Shown here: positions 21,594 through 30,819 of the stretch, piece after piece
Layout of the letters: the number at the start of each line of letters is the position of its first letter
Numbering within the stretch: position 1 is the first letter of the stretch
NCBI GenBank assembly: GCA_964508655.1
Contig: CAZDUO010000005.1
Coordinates: forward strand, 34,650-98,649
DNA: 64,000 bases
Source of the DNA: an uncultured Chitinophaga sp.
GTDB taxonomy: Bacteria; Bacteroidota; Bacteroidia; Chitinophagales; Chitinophagaceae
Direction: 5' to 3'
Notes under the pieces: generated by a model
Seen by the model: the letters and a program-made list of their open reading frames with translations, nothing else
What the model was told of the DNA's origin: nothing
Database searches by the model: none
Position numbers and translations under genes: made by a program

Positions 21594-21607
21594 TGCAACC
21601 GATTGCA
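21594..21607. promoter_or_regulatory. LacI/GalR-type operator candidate (TGCAACCGATTGCA) in the susC / lacI-1 divergent region
   Basis: 14-bp imperfect palindrome with 6 of 7 symmetric pairs and a central CG. It fits the generic LacI-family pattern TGnAAnCGnTTnCA. It sits in an AT-rich context 36 nt upstream of the lacI-1 ATG. An identical 14-mer recurs at 22704. Confidence 0.55.
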
Positions 21608-21642
21608 ATTTTTTTTTAAAAAATTTTTCTTTTATTTGTGTT

Positions 21643-22680
21643 ATGACCCCGGCCAAAGAGATTACCATTTATGATATTGCCAAACACCTGAACATTTCGG
21701 CCACTACTGTCAGCCGGGGCTTGAAGAACCATCCTGCCATTAATAAGAATACCAGGAAAAAAATTTTTGAAGCTGCCCATCATCTCGGTTACCGATCCAA
21801 CACATTTGCCAGCAGCCTGCGGAGCAAAAAAACGCATACCATCGGCATCATTGTGCCCCGGCTTAACAGTTATTTTATGGCCGCCGTGCTTTCGGGCATG
21901 GAAGATGCCGCCAGCCGTGAAAATTATAACCTCATCATCAGCCAGTCGCTTGAAAATGCGGAAAAAGAAATAGCCAATGCCCACACTATGTTTAATAAAA
22001 GGGTGGATGGCCTGCTGGTGTCCCTGGCTTACAACACTGAGAATATTGAACACTTTGAACCTTTTTTTAAAAAAAACATCCCCGTAGTTTTTTTCGACCG
22101 TGTGCATGAACATCTTGAAAGCACCAGCATTGTAATAGATAATTTCCGGGCCGCCTACGATGTGACGAAACACTTGATAGAACAGGGTTGCAGGCGCATC
22201 ATGCACCTGGGCGGCAATATGCTGCGCAATGTATATGCCGATCGCTTAAGAGGTTATAAACAGGCTTTGCTGGAACATAACATTCCCTTCGATGAAAGAC
22301 TGGTTTACATAAGTAAACTGAATGAAGAGGCAGGTACCGAAGCTGCCGCACACATATTGCGTATGGGCAGCAAAAAACCGGACGGGGTTTTTTCGGCAAA
22401 TGACACTACCGCTGTTTATTGCATGAAGAAACTGAAAGATGAAGGCATCCGTATACCTGCCGACATCGCTTTTGCCGGGTTCAATAATGACCCCATAAGT
22501 AAAATAATCGAACCGAATCTTACCACGGTGAATTATTCAGGTTATGAAATCGGCAAAACAGCCGTATCCAATCTGGTTAATCACCTGAAGGGTATGTCGA
22601 GTGTAAAAAATACCAATGTGGTTATCTTGCGGGCCGATCTGATTATCCGGGAATCATCCTTAAAAAAGACTTCCTCCTGA
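21643..22680 (+). CDS. LacI family transcriptional regulator (paralog 1)
   Basis: 345 aa. N-terminal HTH: TIYDIAKHLNISATTVSRGLKNHPAINKNTRKKIFEAAHHLGYRSN. This is followed by a periplasmic-binding-protein-like sugar-binding core. Confidence 0.9.
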   Translation: MTPAKEITIYDIAKHLNISATTVSRGLKNHPAINKNTRKKIFEAAHHLGYRSNTFASSLRSKKTHTIGIIVPRLNSYFMAAVLSGMEDAASRENYNLIISQSLENAEKEIANAHTMFNKRVDGLLVSLAYNTENIEHFEPFFKKNIPVVFFDRVHEHLESTSIVIDNFRAAYDVTKHLIEQGCRRIMHLGGNMLRNVYADRLRGYKQALLEHNIPFDERLVYISKLNEEAGTEAAAHILRMGSKKPDGVFSANDTTAVYCMKKLKDEGIRIPADIAFAGFNNDPISKIIEPNLTTVNYSGYEIGKTAVSNLVNHLKGMSSVKNTNVVILRADLIIRESSLKKTSS

Positions 22681-22703
22681 TTTAATTTTTTTTCCGATTT
22701 TTA

Positions 22704-22717
22704 TGCAACCGATTGCA
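22704..22717. promoter_or_regulatory. second copy of the LacI-type operator candidate (TGCAACCGATTGCA)
   Basis: Exact 14-mer repeat of 21594-21607. It ends 2 nt before the lacI-2 ATG at 22720. Confidence 0.5.
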
Positions 22718-22719
22718 AG

Positions 22720-23757
22720 ATGAAGCCTAAAAAAGACGTAACGATATACGATATTGCTCAAAAACTTTCGCTGTCTTCAGCCACAGTCAGCCGGGGTTTA
22801 AAAAATCATCCTGCCATTAATAAGAACACCCGGAAAAAGATTCAGCAAACAGCCAGGGAACTCGGTTACCGGCATAACACATTTGCCAGCAGCCTGCGCA
22901 AACAAAAAACCAATACCATTGGCGTGAGTGTGCATGAGCTGAACAGTAACTTTATTACTTCTGTGCTGGCAGGCATTGAAAAAGTAACAACTGAAGCTGG
23001 TTACGACTTGATTATTGCCCACTCATCAGAAAACCGTGAAAAGGAAGAGGCCAATGTACTCAATCTCTTTCATAAGCGGGTTGATGGTTTGATTGCATCC
23101 CTTGCATTTGATACAGACGGCCTGGAGCATTACAATCATTTTCATGAAAAAAATATTCCCGTCATTTTTTTCGACCGGGTGGAAGAAGAAAACAACAACA
23201 CGAAAGTGATAATTGATAACTATAAATGCGGCTACCAGGCTACCCAACACCTGATTGAGCAAGGCTGCAGGCGTATTGTGCTGGTTACTGCCAACCTGAA
23301 AAGGAACGTATATGCCCGGCGCCACAATGGCTACATGGATGCACTGTATGACAACGGCATCCCTTATGAAAAAGGCATGGTGCTGATAAAAGACCTGAGC
23401 GAACAATGCGGACGGGAAGCTGCTTTGGAAATAATGAAAATGAAACCACTTCCTGACGGCGCTTTCATTACCAACGATTTTTCGGCTGCTGTGTGCATGC
23501 AGACGCTGAAAGAACATGGCATCCGGATTCCCGACGATTTTGCCATTGTCGGATTTAACAACGATGCCATCGGCAAAATTGTAGAGCCGCAACTCACCAC
23601 CATTAACTACCCGGGCATGGAAATGGGAGAAATTGCCGCCTGTAACCTCATTAACCACCTGAATGGTATTGCCAATATAAAAAATACACAGACAATCGTT
23701 ATAAGATCCGATTTGATTGTAAGAAAATCATCCCTCAAAAAGAAAACCAGCAGCTGA
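22720..23757 (+). CDS. LacI family transcriptional regulator (paralog 2)
   Basis: 345 aa, the same length as paralog 1 and collinear with it. HTH: TIYDIAQKLSLSSATVSRGLKNHPAINKNTRKKIQQTARELGYRHN. Both paralogs end ...SSLKK(K)TSS. Confidence 0.9.
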   Translation: MKPKKDVTIYDIAQKLSLSSATVSRGLKNHPAINKNTRKKIQQTARELGYRHNTFASSLRKQKTNTIGVSVHELNSNFITSVLAGIEKVTTEAGYDLIIAHSSENREKEEANVLNLFHKRVDGLIASLAFDTDGLEHYNHFHEKNIPVIFFDRVEEENNNTKVIIDNYKCGYQATQHLIEQGCRRIVLVTANLKRNVYARRHNGYMDALYDNGIPYEKGMVLIKDLSEQCGREAALEIMKMKPLPDGAFITNDFSAAVCMQTLKEHGIRIPDDFAIVGFNNDAIGKIVEPQLTTINYPGMEMGEIAACNLINHLNGIANIKNTQTIVIRSDLIVRKSSLKKKTSS

Positions 23758-23771
23758 GGCTGACAACAGGA

Positions 23772-25952
23772 ATGAAAACGGTACTGCTTATCATATTTCT
23801 GTTTACCACTTCCCTGCTGAAAGCAGAGAACGGCTACGATCTGTGGCTGCGGTATAAAAAAGTTGATGACCAGATTTTGCTTAACCAATATAAGAATCAG
23901 ATAAAGTCTGTCCTTTTTGATGTTTATTTAAAGGAGACATCACCGACTTTTGAAATAGCTAAAGAAGAATTAATTCACGGTTTGCAAAGGTTACTTGGTA
24001 AAAATATTACTGAAGGAAAAGACTTTTCAAGCAATCAACTTATAATTAATAAGAAGCGCTCAGAAATTATACAAACAAGCATAGACTTATCTGCGGAAAA
24101 CTTAGGAAGCGAAGGTTTTAAAATTATTTCTTTAAAAAAAGTTTTTAACAAAGATAACAGCGGTATCAGCAACGTCATAGTAATTACTGCTAATACAGAT
24201 ATTGGTATTTTATACGGCGTGTTTCATTTTTTGAGACTGATGCAAACCCATCAATCAATCTCAAATCTCAAAATCGTTTCTTCTCCTAAAATGAAATTAC
24301 GTTTACTCAATCACTGGGACAACCTCAACCGTACAGTGGAACGGGGTTATGCAGGCTTCTCCATCTGGGACTGGCACAAGCTACCCGGTTTTATTGACAA
24401 ACGCTACACTGATTACGCCAGGGTCAATGCTTCTATAGGAATAAACGGAACGGTGCTTACCAATGTAAATGCCAATGCAACCATCCTTACAAAACCCTGG
24501 CTGGAAAAAGTAAAAGCACTGGCCGCTGTGTTTCGTCCGTATGGCCTTAAAGTGTATCTTACTGCCCGCTTCAGTGCACCCATCGAAATCGGCGCCATGA
24601 AAACCGCCGATCCGCTGAACGATACCGTGCAGCTTTGGTGGAAACAAAAAGCAAAAGAGATTTATGAGCTGATTCCCGACTTTGGCGGCTTCCTGGTAAA
24701 AGCAAACAGCGAAGGACAGCCCGGCCCGCAGGATTATAACCGCTCCCATGCCGACGGCGCCAATATGCTGGCCGATGCTGTGGCTCCCTTCGGCGGCATC
24801 GTGATGTGGCGGGCATTTGTGTACAATCCGGAATCAGACGACCGCTTTAAGCAGGCTTATGAAGAATTCAAACCGCTGGACGGTAAATTCAGGAAGAATG
24901 TACTGGCGCAGGTAAAAAACGGGCCGATAGATTTTCAACCAAGAGAGCCATTCTCGCCTTTATTTGGCGCCATGCCACAAACTCCTCTGATGATGGAGTT
25001 TCAACTGACGCAGGAATACACAGGCCAGGGAACTCATCTTTTTTTTGCTGCTCCTATGTTTAAAGAAGTACTGATTGCTGACACCTATGCAAAAGGAAAG
25101 AACTCAACTGTTGCAAAAGTGATTGATGGAAGTTTGAATAATCATGAACTGAGCGGCATGGCCGGGGTAAGCAATATCGGCAACGACATCAACTGGTGCG
25201 GTCATCCATTTGCACAGGCCAACTGGTATGCGCTGGGCCGATTGAGCTGGGATTATGATTTATCACCAGCGCAAATTGCTACGGAATGGATAAATCAAAC
25301 CTTTACACATGATAAGAAATCAGTTGCCGTAATAAGAAATATCATGCTTCAGTCCCGGGAAGCTTTGGTGAATTATATGACCCCCGTCGGATTAACACAC
25401 ATCATGTACAATGGTCATCACTATGGACCGATGCCATGGGGGAATACGTTAAACCGCCCGGATTGGAACCCCGTTTACTATCATAAAGCAGATTCAATCG
25501 GAATCGGTTTTGACAGAACATCCGGGGGTTCCAATGCACTGGCCCAATACAAACCTGAAGTAAGCAGCCAGTTTGCCGATATGTATAAATGCCCTGATGA
25601 CTATTTATTGTGGTTCCATCATGTCCCCTGGAACCATAAAATGCAAAGCGGCCGTACATTGTGGAATGAACTCTGCCATAAATATTATACCGGTGTTGAT
25701 TCTGTTAAATCTTTTATCAGGCAGTGGAACAGTGTTGAAAAATCTATAGATAAAGAAAGATTCGGACAGGTGAAACAACTGCTGAACATTCAACTGAAAG
25801 ATGCAATATGGTGGCGCAATGCATGCCTGTTGTATTTCCAGACCTTTTCTAAAATGCCGATACCCGCATACTATGAACAACCAGACAAAACACTGGAATA
25901 TTATAAAAGTATAAGGATATTGTATGCGCCGGGGAACACCCCTGTCCCCTAA
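23772..25952 (+). CDS. aguA: alpha-glucuronidase, GH67
   Basis: 726 aa with a signal peptide followed by ENGYDLWLRY. Motifs seen: RLLNHWDNLNRTVERGYAG, FLVKANSEGQPGP, MMEFQLTQEYTGQG. Length and order are typical of GH67. Confidence 0.9.
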   Translation: MKTVLLIIFLFTTSLLKAENGYDLWLRYKKVDDQILLNQYKNQIKSVLFDVYLKETSPTFEIAKEELIHGLQRLLGKNITEGKDFSSNQLIINKKRSEIIQTSIDLSAENLGSEGFKIISLKKVFNKDNSGISNVIVITANTDIGILYGVFHFLRLMQTHQSISNLKIVSSPKMKLRLLNHWDNLNRTVERGYAGFSIWDWHKLPGFIDKRYTDYARVNASIGINGTVLTNVNANATILTKPWLEKVKALAAVFRPYGLKVYLTARFSAPIEIGAMKTADPLNDTVQLWWKQKAKEIYELIPDFGGFLVKANSEGQPGPQDYNRSHADGANMLADAVAPFGGIVMWRAFVYNPESDDRFKQAYEEFKPLDGKFRKNVLAQVKNGPIDFQPREPFSPLFGAMPQTPLMMEFQLTQEYTGQGTHLFFAAPMFKEVLIADTYAKGKNSTVAKVIDGSLNNHELSGMAGVSNIGNDINWCGHPFAQANWYALGRLSWDYDLSPAQIATEWINQTFTHDKKSVAVIRNIMLQSREALVNYMTPVGLTHIMYNGHHYGPMPWGNTLNRPDWNPVYYHKADSIGIGFDRTSGGSNALAQYKPEVSSQFADMYKCPDDYLLWFHHVPWNHKMQSGRTLWNELCHKYYTGVDSVKSFIRQWNSVEKSIDKERFGQVKQLLNIQLKDAIWWRNACLLYFQTFSKMPIPAYYEQPDKTLEYYKSIRILYAPGNTPVP

Positions 25953-26057
25953 AGGGGAAATTAAATTTGAACACCCTTGTTCTTTTTTAAAAATTACGAT
26001 TATTGAGTTTGAAAAAAAAATCGGGTACAATAAACCAAAAGAGTAAATAAAAATAGT

Positions 26058-26834
26058 ATGAGTAGCAAAAACTCCCCGCCGGATGGCGCGGCCGGGGATA
26101 AACGGGTAGCCATAGTAACCGGAGGCGGTTCGGGCATCGGGTTTGCCATTACCCAAAAATTTGTCTGCGCCGGCATTGAAACAATAATTGCCGGCAGGAA
26201 TCAGAAAAAACTTTCGCAGGCAAAAGAAAAACTCGGTCCGCTTTGTCACGCCATAACATGCGATGTAAGCCATCTGGCATCCATACCGGGTTTTGTGAAT
26301 AATATCATCAAAAAATTCGGGCATATTGATATCCTGGTGAACAATGCCGGCATCAATATGAAAAAAGACTTTTGCGAAGTGATGGATGAAGATTTTCAAC
26401 AGGTAATTACCACCAACCTTACTGCTGTTTTTGTAATGAGCCGCGAAGTGGCAAAAAATATGCTGAAGAAAAAATCAGGATGCATTATTAATATCAGCAG
26501 TATGGCGGCACAGTACGGCCTGCCGAAAGTAATTGCCTACAGCGCCAGCAAAACAGCGATTGATGGGATGACAAGAGCCATGGCAGTGGAACTTTCGCCA
26601 AAAGGAATTCGTGTGAATGCAATTGCACCTGGCTTTATCATTACCGACATGACCGATAAGGCGCTTAACAGCGACACCGAACGCAAGGAAAAAGTTTTAT
26701 CACGGACCCCCATGGGCTATATGGGCCTGCCGTCCGACATTGGCGATGCGGCTTTGTTCCTGGCAAGTGATGCGGCAAAATATATTACCGGCGTAGTGTT
26801 GCCGGTGGATGGTGGTAACAGTATTGGGTTTTAA
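26058..26834 (+). CDS. SDR family oxidoreductase (KduD/gluconate-5-dehydrogenase-like; possibly the SDR-type D-mannonate oxidoreductase)
   Basis: 258 aa. Motifs seen: TGGGSGIG Rossmann motif, NNAG, and the S...YSASK catalytic triad context. There is no signal peptide. The specific substrate is inferred only from the uronate context. Confidence 0.85.
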   Translation: MSSKNSPPDGAAGDKRVAIVTGGGSGIGFAITQKFVCAGIETIIAGRNQKKLSQAKEKLGPLCHAITCDVSHLASIPGFVNNIIKKFGHIDILVNNAGINMKKDFCEVMDEDFQQVITTNLTAVFVMSREVAKNMLKKKSGCIINISSMAAQYGLPKVIAYSASKTAIDGMTRAMAVELSPKGIRVNAIAPGFIITDMTDKALNSDTERKEKVLSRTPMGYMGLPSDIGDAALFLASDAAKYITGVVLPVDGGNSIGF

Positions 26835-26868
26835 AACTTTTTAGTTGACCGGCTGAACCGCTCCGATG

Positions 26869-26913
26869 AAGCGTCCCTTGCGACGCTTTGTAAAACCCGA
26901 CATTTATCGTCGG
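26869..26913 (+). repeat. pair of short stem-loops after the SDR gene (terminator or REP-like element)
   Basis: The first is AAGCGTC-ccttgc-GACGCTT, a 7-bp stem at 26869-26888. The second is CCGAC-atttat-GTCGG, a 5-bp stem at 26897-26913. There is no strong T-tract. Confidence 0.35.
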
Positions 26914-26945
26914 TGTCCGTTCAAATGCAGAATATCTATTGAGCT

Positions 26946-29537
26946 ATGAAAAGAACTTTTCTCATAATTGCCTTTAACTTTTTGGGATTTGCCTCTGGCA
27001 ATGCCCAATTGATATCTGAAACAAAACAACCCCTTTCATTTTCATTAACGGAAGCTCTCATTTACGTTGACAGCGAAGATTATGCCCTTGTAAAAAAATC
27101 TGCCGGGCTGCTGCAGCAGGATATTGAAATGGTCACCGGCAAAAAGCTTCCCTTCATCCACGATGTGCAATCAGCCAAAGGCAATCTCATCATCATCGGT
27201 TCTGCTGAAAAATCCACACTGATAAAGCAACTGATTCAGCAGAAAAAAATCAATGGCGCTTATATTAAAAACAAATGGGAAGCCTGTTTGCAGCAAACGA
27301 TTCAAAATCCAATGCCGGGAATCACAAATGCACTTATCCTGGCAGGCAGCGACAGAAGAGGAACTGCCTACGCCATATTTGACCTGTCCAAACAAACCGG
27401 CGTATCGCCCTGGTACTGGTGGGCCGATGTACCGGTGAAAAAGAAAACTGAATGGTATGTAAAAACAAATGTTATCATCACCGACTCACCGAAAGTAAAA
27501 TACCGCGGCATCTTTATCAACGACGAAGCTCCGGCGCTGAGCAACTGGAGCAAAGAAAAGTTTGGCGGCTTCAACCATAAGTTCTACTCAAAAGTCTTTG
27601 AGCTGATTCTGCGCCTGAAAGGAAATTACCTGTGGCCTGCCATGTGGGGCAATGCTTTTTACGACGATGATTCGCTGAACATAAAAACAGCCGATGAATT
27701 CGGCATCGTCATCGGCACTTCACATCATGAGCCGTTGATGCGGGCACACGATGAGTGGAGACGGTACGGCAAGGGGCAAAAATGGAACTACGACAGCACC
27801 GAAGCCGGCCTGAAAGAATTCTGGCACGGCGGCATGCAGCGGGCATGGAATGAAAAAATCGTCAGCATCGGCATGCGGGGCGATGGCGATGAACCAATGA
27901 CGAGGGAAACCGCTACCGCCCTGCTGGAAAGAATTGTAAAAGACCAGCGCAAAATTATTGAAGAAGTAACCGGCAAACCCGCAAACGAAACACCCCAGCT
28001 CTGGGCACTGTATAAAGAAGTGCAGGATTATTATGACAAAGGAATGAGAGTGCCCGATGATGTGACTTTATTATTATGCGATGACAACTGGGGCAATATC
28101 CGCAAGCTTCCCAAACTAACCGACCCGTCGAGAAAAGGCGGTTACGGAATCTATTACCATTTTGACTACGTAGGCGGGCCGAGAAATTACAAATGGCTCA
28201 ACACAAACAATATTGCAAGAGTGTGGGAGCAAATGCACCTGGCTTACGAATATGGAGTAAAGCAGATATGGATTGTCAATGTCGGCGACATAAAACCAAT
28301 GGAATTTCCAATTTCCTTCTGGTTAGATTATGCATGGAACCCGGAAAAGATTGGTACTGATGACCTGCAGAAATACACGGAAGAATGGGCGGCCGCACAG
28401 TTTGGAAAAAATTATGCAAGAGAAATTGCTGAAATTATTTCAAAGTACAGCAAGTATAACAGCAGGAGAAAACCGGAACTGCTTGATCAGAACACATACA
28501 GCCTGTATAATTACCCGGATTTTGAAACAGAGAACAGTTATAATGAATTTGAAAAAGTGGCATATGATTACAAAATCTTATTTAATCAAGCTCAAAAAAT
28601 TAACAATGAACTGCCTGTTGAATCCAGGAATGCATTTTTTCAATTGGTTCTTCACCCTGTAAAAGCCTGCGCCAACCTGAACGAAATGTATTATTATGTT
28701 GCCCTGAACAGGGAAGCATATAAAAACAAATATGAAGTGGCCAATGAGTATGCAGATAAAGTAAAACAGCTTTATATCAACGACTCGCTGATTTCGCTTG
28801 AGTATCATAAACTCAATAACGGCAAATGGAACCACATGATGAGCCAGACACATATTGGCTACACGTACTGGCAGCAGCCGCCGGTGAATAAAATACCGGT
28901 ATTGAAATTTGTGTCAAAAGATTCGGTGAATAAAGATGGCGTGAAAATTACAGATGACGAAATCCGCAGTGCCAAATCTCTGATTCCTGAAAATTTTAGC
29001 GGGCATGCATTTTATGAATGGGACGGTTATATCTCAATAGAAGCTTCGCATTTCACCAAAGCAATAAACACAAACGGCATCACCTGGAAAATTTTGCCTG
29101 GCCATGGAAGAACCACTGATGCAGTTACTCCATTTCCTGTTACTGCACCTGAACAAAAACCCGGCAGCAATGCGCCGCACCTCCAATACGAGTTTTATAC
29201 TTACAGCTCCGGCGAATTCAGCATCCAGGCTTACTTCTCTCCCACACTAAATTTTCATGGAACTGAAAACGGGTTGCAGTATGCAATTTCCATAGATGAC
29301 GAAGCGCCGCAAATCATCAGCATCAACAAAGAAGACAAGACCAGCATCAGCGGTATCTGGAATAAATGGGTGGCTGAAAATATTATTATCAAAACGACAA
29401 AACATAAAATAGCCACCCCCGGCAGGCATGTGCTGAAATACCGGATGGTGAACCCGGGCGTGGTGCTGCAAAAACTGGTTTTGGATTTTGGAGGAGTAAA
29501 ACCAAGCTATCTTGGCCCGCCGGAAACAAAAAAATAA
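26946..29537 (+). CDS. GH115 xylan alpha-1,2-glucuronidase
   Basis: 863 aa with a signal peptide. Motifs seen: GSDRRGTAYAIFDLSKQTGVSPWYWWADVP, KYRGIFINDE, NYLWPAMW, GTSHHEP, GMRGDGD. Confidence 0.85.
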   Translation: MKRTFLIIAFNFLGFASGNAQLISETKQPLSFSLTEALIYVDSEDYALVKKSAGLLQQDIEMVTGKKLPFIHDVQSAKGNLIIIGSAEKSTLIKQLIQQKKINGAYIKNKWEACLQQTIQNPMPGITNALILAGSDRRGTAYAIFDLSKQTGVSPWYWWADVPVKKKTEWYVKTNVIITDSPKVKYRGIFINDEAPALSNWSKEKFGGFNHKFYSKVFELILRLKGNYLWPAMWGNAFYDDDSLNIKTADEFGIVIGTSHHEPLMRAHDEWRRYGKGQKWNYDSTEAGLKEFWHGGMQRAWNEKIVSIGMRGDGDEPMTRETATALLERIVKDQRKIIEEVTGKPANETPQLWALYKEVQDYYDKGMRVPDDVTLLLCDDNWGNIRKLPKLTDPSRKGGYGIYYHFDYVGGPRNYKWLNTNNIARVWEQMHLAYEYGVKQIWIVNVGDIKPMEFPISFWLDYAWNPEKIGTDDLQKYTEEWAAAQFGKNYAREIAEIISKYSKYNSRRKPELLDQNTYSLYNYPDFETENSYNEFEKVAYDYKILFNQAQKINNELPVESRNAFFQLVLHPVKACANLNEMYYYVALNREAYKNKYEVANEYADKVKQLYINDSLISLEYHKLNNGKWNHMMSQTHIGYTYWQQPPVNKIPVLKFVSKDSVNKDGVKITDDEIRSAKSLIPENFSGHAFYEWDGYISIEASHFTKAINTNGITWKILPGHGRTTDAVTPFPVTAPEQKPGSNAPHLQYEFYTYSSGEFSIQAYFSPTLNFHGTENGLQYAISIDDEAPQIISINKEDKTSISGIWNKWVAENIIIKTTKHKIATPGRHVLKYRMVNPGVVLQKLVLDFGGVKPSYLGPPETKK

Positions 29538-29541
29538 ACAG

Positions 29542-29599
29542 CTCACAGATTACACAGATTGTCACATTAAAATCTGTGTAAATCCGTGAAATCTGTGAG
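29542..29599. repeat. REP-like inverted repeat built from CACAGAT/CACGGAT units (copy 1)
   Basis: Sequence: CTCACAGATTACACAGATT-gtcacatta-AATCTGTGTAAATCCGTGAAATCTGTGAG. The outer stem is 10 bp and the inner stem 9 bp, with a bulge. It starts 5 nt after the GH115 stop. Confidence 0.7.
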
Positions 29600-29623
29600 A
29601 GTAAAAATAAAAAACAGTTTAAA

Positions 29624-30706
29624 ATGAAATCAAACCTTCTGTTTGTAACTATCATCACGCATTTATTACTTGCCTGCAATAACCAGTTAAAAAAAAACAA
29701 GGAACAGGCTACTGATACAACTGACCAGTTACCGAAGAAAGAATACCTTTCGCAGCTGCTGGTGACGCATATTTATACAGCCGACCCTTCGGCGCATGTC
29801 TTTAACGGCCGCATTTATATTTATCCTTCGCACGACACCGCAACAGGTGCAAAAGAAGATGACCTCGGAAGCCATTTCGATATGAGAGATTACCATATTC
29901 TTTCAATGGATTCCATTGGTGCACCGGTTATGGATCATGGTGTGGCGCTGGACATTAAAGACGTGCCATGGGCCGGCCGCCAGATGTGGGCGCCGGATGC
30001 GGCATTTGCCAACGGCAAATATTATCTCTACTTCCCGGTAAAGGATAAACAGGATATTTTCCGTATCGGTGTGGCGGTAAGCGATAAACCCGAAGGACCC
30101 TTTGTTGCCGAAAAAGAACCCATTAAAAACAGCTACAGCATTGACCCCTGTGTGTTCAAAGATGATAATGGTTCTTTCTATATGTATTTCGGCGGTATCT
30201 GGGGTGGTCAGTTACAGCGATGGAATAATAATAAGTATGATGCAAAAGCGGATAACCGTAAAGCGGAGGAGCCGGCAATTCTCCCAAGAATGGCAAGCCT
30301 CAACAAGGATATGAAAAGTTTTTCCGAAGAAGTGAAAGAAGTTAAACTGGTGGATAAAGATGGCAACCTGTTTAAAGAAAAAGATAATGACAAACGCTTT
30401 TTCGAAGCAGCTTGGGTTTTCAAATACAAAAGCAAATACTATTTCACCTATTCAACAGGCGATACACATTTCCTGTGTTATGCCACCGGCGACAGTCCCT
30501 ACGGGCCTTTTACCTACCAGGGTGTATTGCTGAACCCCGTGGAAGGCTGGACCAACCATCATTCAATTATAGAAATAAACGGTAAGTGGTATTTATTTTA
30601 TCATGATGTGCAGCTGAGCGGTAAAACACATTTAAGAAATGTAAAACTAACAGAGCTGAAATTTAATGATGATGGAAGCATCCAAACATTGACTGCGCAG
30701 AAATAG
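29624..30706 (+). CDS. GH43 family beta-xylosidase/alpha-L-arabinofuranosidase, lipoprotein
   Basis: 360 aa with a lipobox (LLLACNN). Motifs seen: ADPSAHVFNGRIYIYPSHD, MWAPDAAFANGKYYLYFPV, YSIDPCVFKDDNGSFYMYFGG, FFEAAWVFKYKSKYYFTYS. This is five-bladed propeller GH43 logic. Confidence 0.8.
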   Translation: MKSNLLFVTIITHLLLACNNQLKKNKEQATDTTDQLPKKEYLSQLLVTHIYTADPSAHVFNGRIYIYPSHDTATGAKEDDLGSHFDMRDYHILSMDSIGAPVMDHGVALDIKDVPWAGRQMWAPDAAFANGKYYLYFPVKDKQDIFRIGVAVSDKPEGPFVAEKEPIKNSYSIDPCVFKDDNGSFYMYFGGIWGGQLQRWNNNKYDAKADNRKAEEPAILPRMASLNKDMKSFSEEVKEVKLVDKDGNLFKEKDNDKRFFEAAWVFKYKSKYYFTYSTGDTHFLCYATGDSPYGPFTYQGVLLNPVEGWTNHHSIIEINGKWYLFYHDVQLSGKTHLRNVKLTELKFNDDGSIQTLTAQK

Positions 30707-30710
30707 GAAC

Positions 30711-30768
30711 ACGGATGACGCGGAGTTGGCAGATCGTCACCGATTCTATCCGTTTTATCAGCGTCATC
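30711..30768. repeat. REP-like palindromic element of the related CACGGAT type
   Basis: Sequence: ACGGATGACGC...GCGTCATC, an 8-bp outer stem (GATGACGC/GCGTCATC), with internal ACGGAT/ATCCGT complementarity. It lies between the GH43 stop and the GH10 start. The track ORF start at 30715 reads through it. Confidence 0.5.
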
Positions 30769-30819
30769 TGCGTACCCATTGGTTCTTATAATTATGATAA
30801 AAGCATAAAACAAATAAGG

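Noticed and set aside
21616-22206. 196-aa minus-strand ORF opposite LacI paralog 1
   Set aside because: It is antisense to a gene with a clear HTH and sugar-binding core, and it has no motifs. The antisense ORF in paralog 2 (23026-23658) covers a non-equivalent part of the gene, so the pair is not a conserved overlapping gene.
23026-23658. 210-aa minus-strand ORF opposite LacI paralog 2
   Set aside because: Same reasoning as for 21616-22206. It is an antisense chance frame at a position not homologous to the other one.
25938-25965. Short hairpin TCCCCT-AA-AGGGGA overlapping the GH67 stop codon
   Set aside because: It has a 6-bp stem with a 2-nt loop, which is sterically poor, and no U-tract. 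It is probably coincidental.
25605-26399. 264-aa minus-strand ORF spanning the GH67 3' end, the intergenic gap and the SDR 5' end
   Set aside because: It is antisense to two strongly supported genes. The translation is low-complexity and Phe/Ile/Cys-rich with no recognisable motif. Long antisense frames are expected by chance opposite real genes.
29542-29599. Possibility that the CACAGAT-unit repeats are a CRISPR array or a tandem-repeat locus
   Set aside because: The units are 7-10 nt long, arranged as inverted arms of a single hairpin, and have no spacers of CRISPR size. No cas genes are in the window.
30715-30819. 35-codon N-terminal extension of the GH10 track ORF
   Set aside because: It reads through the REP-like palindrome and precedes a perfect signal peptide that starts at 30820.
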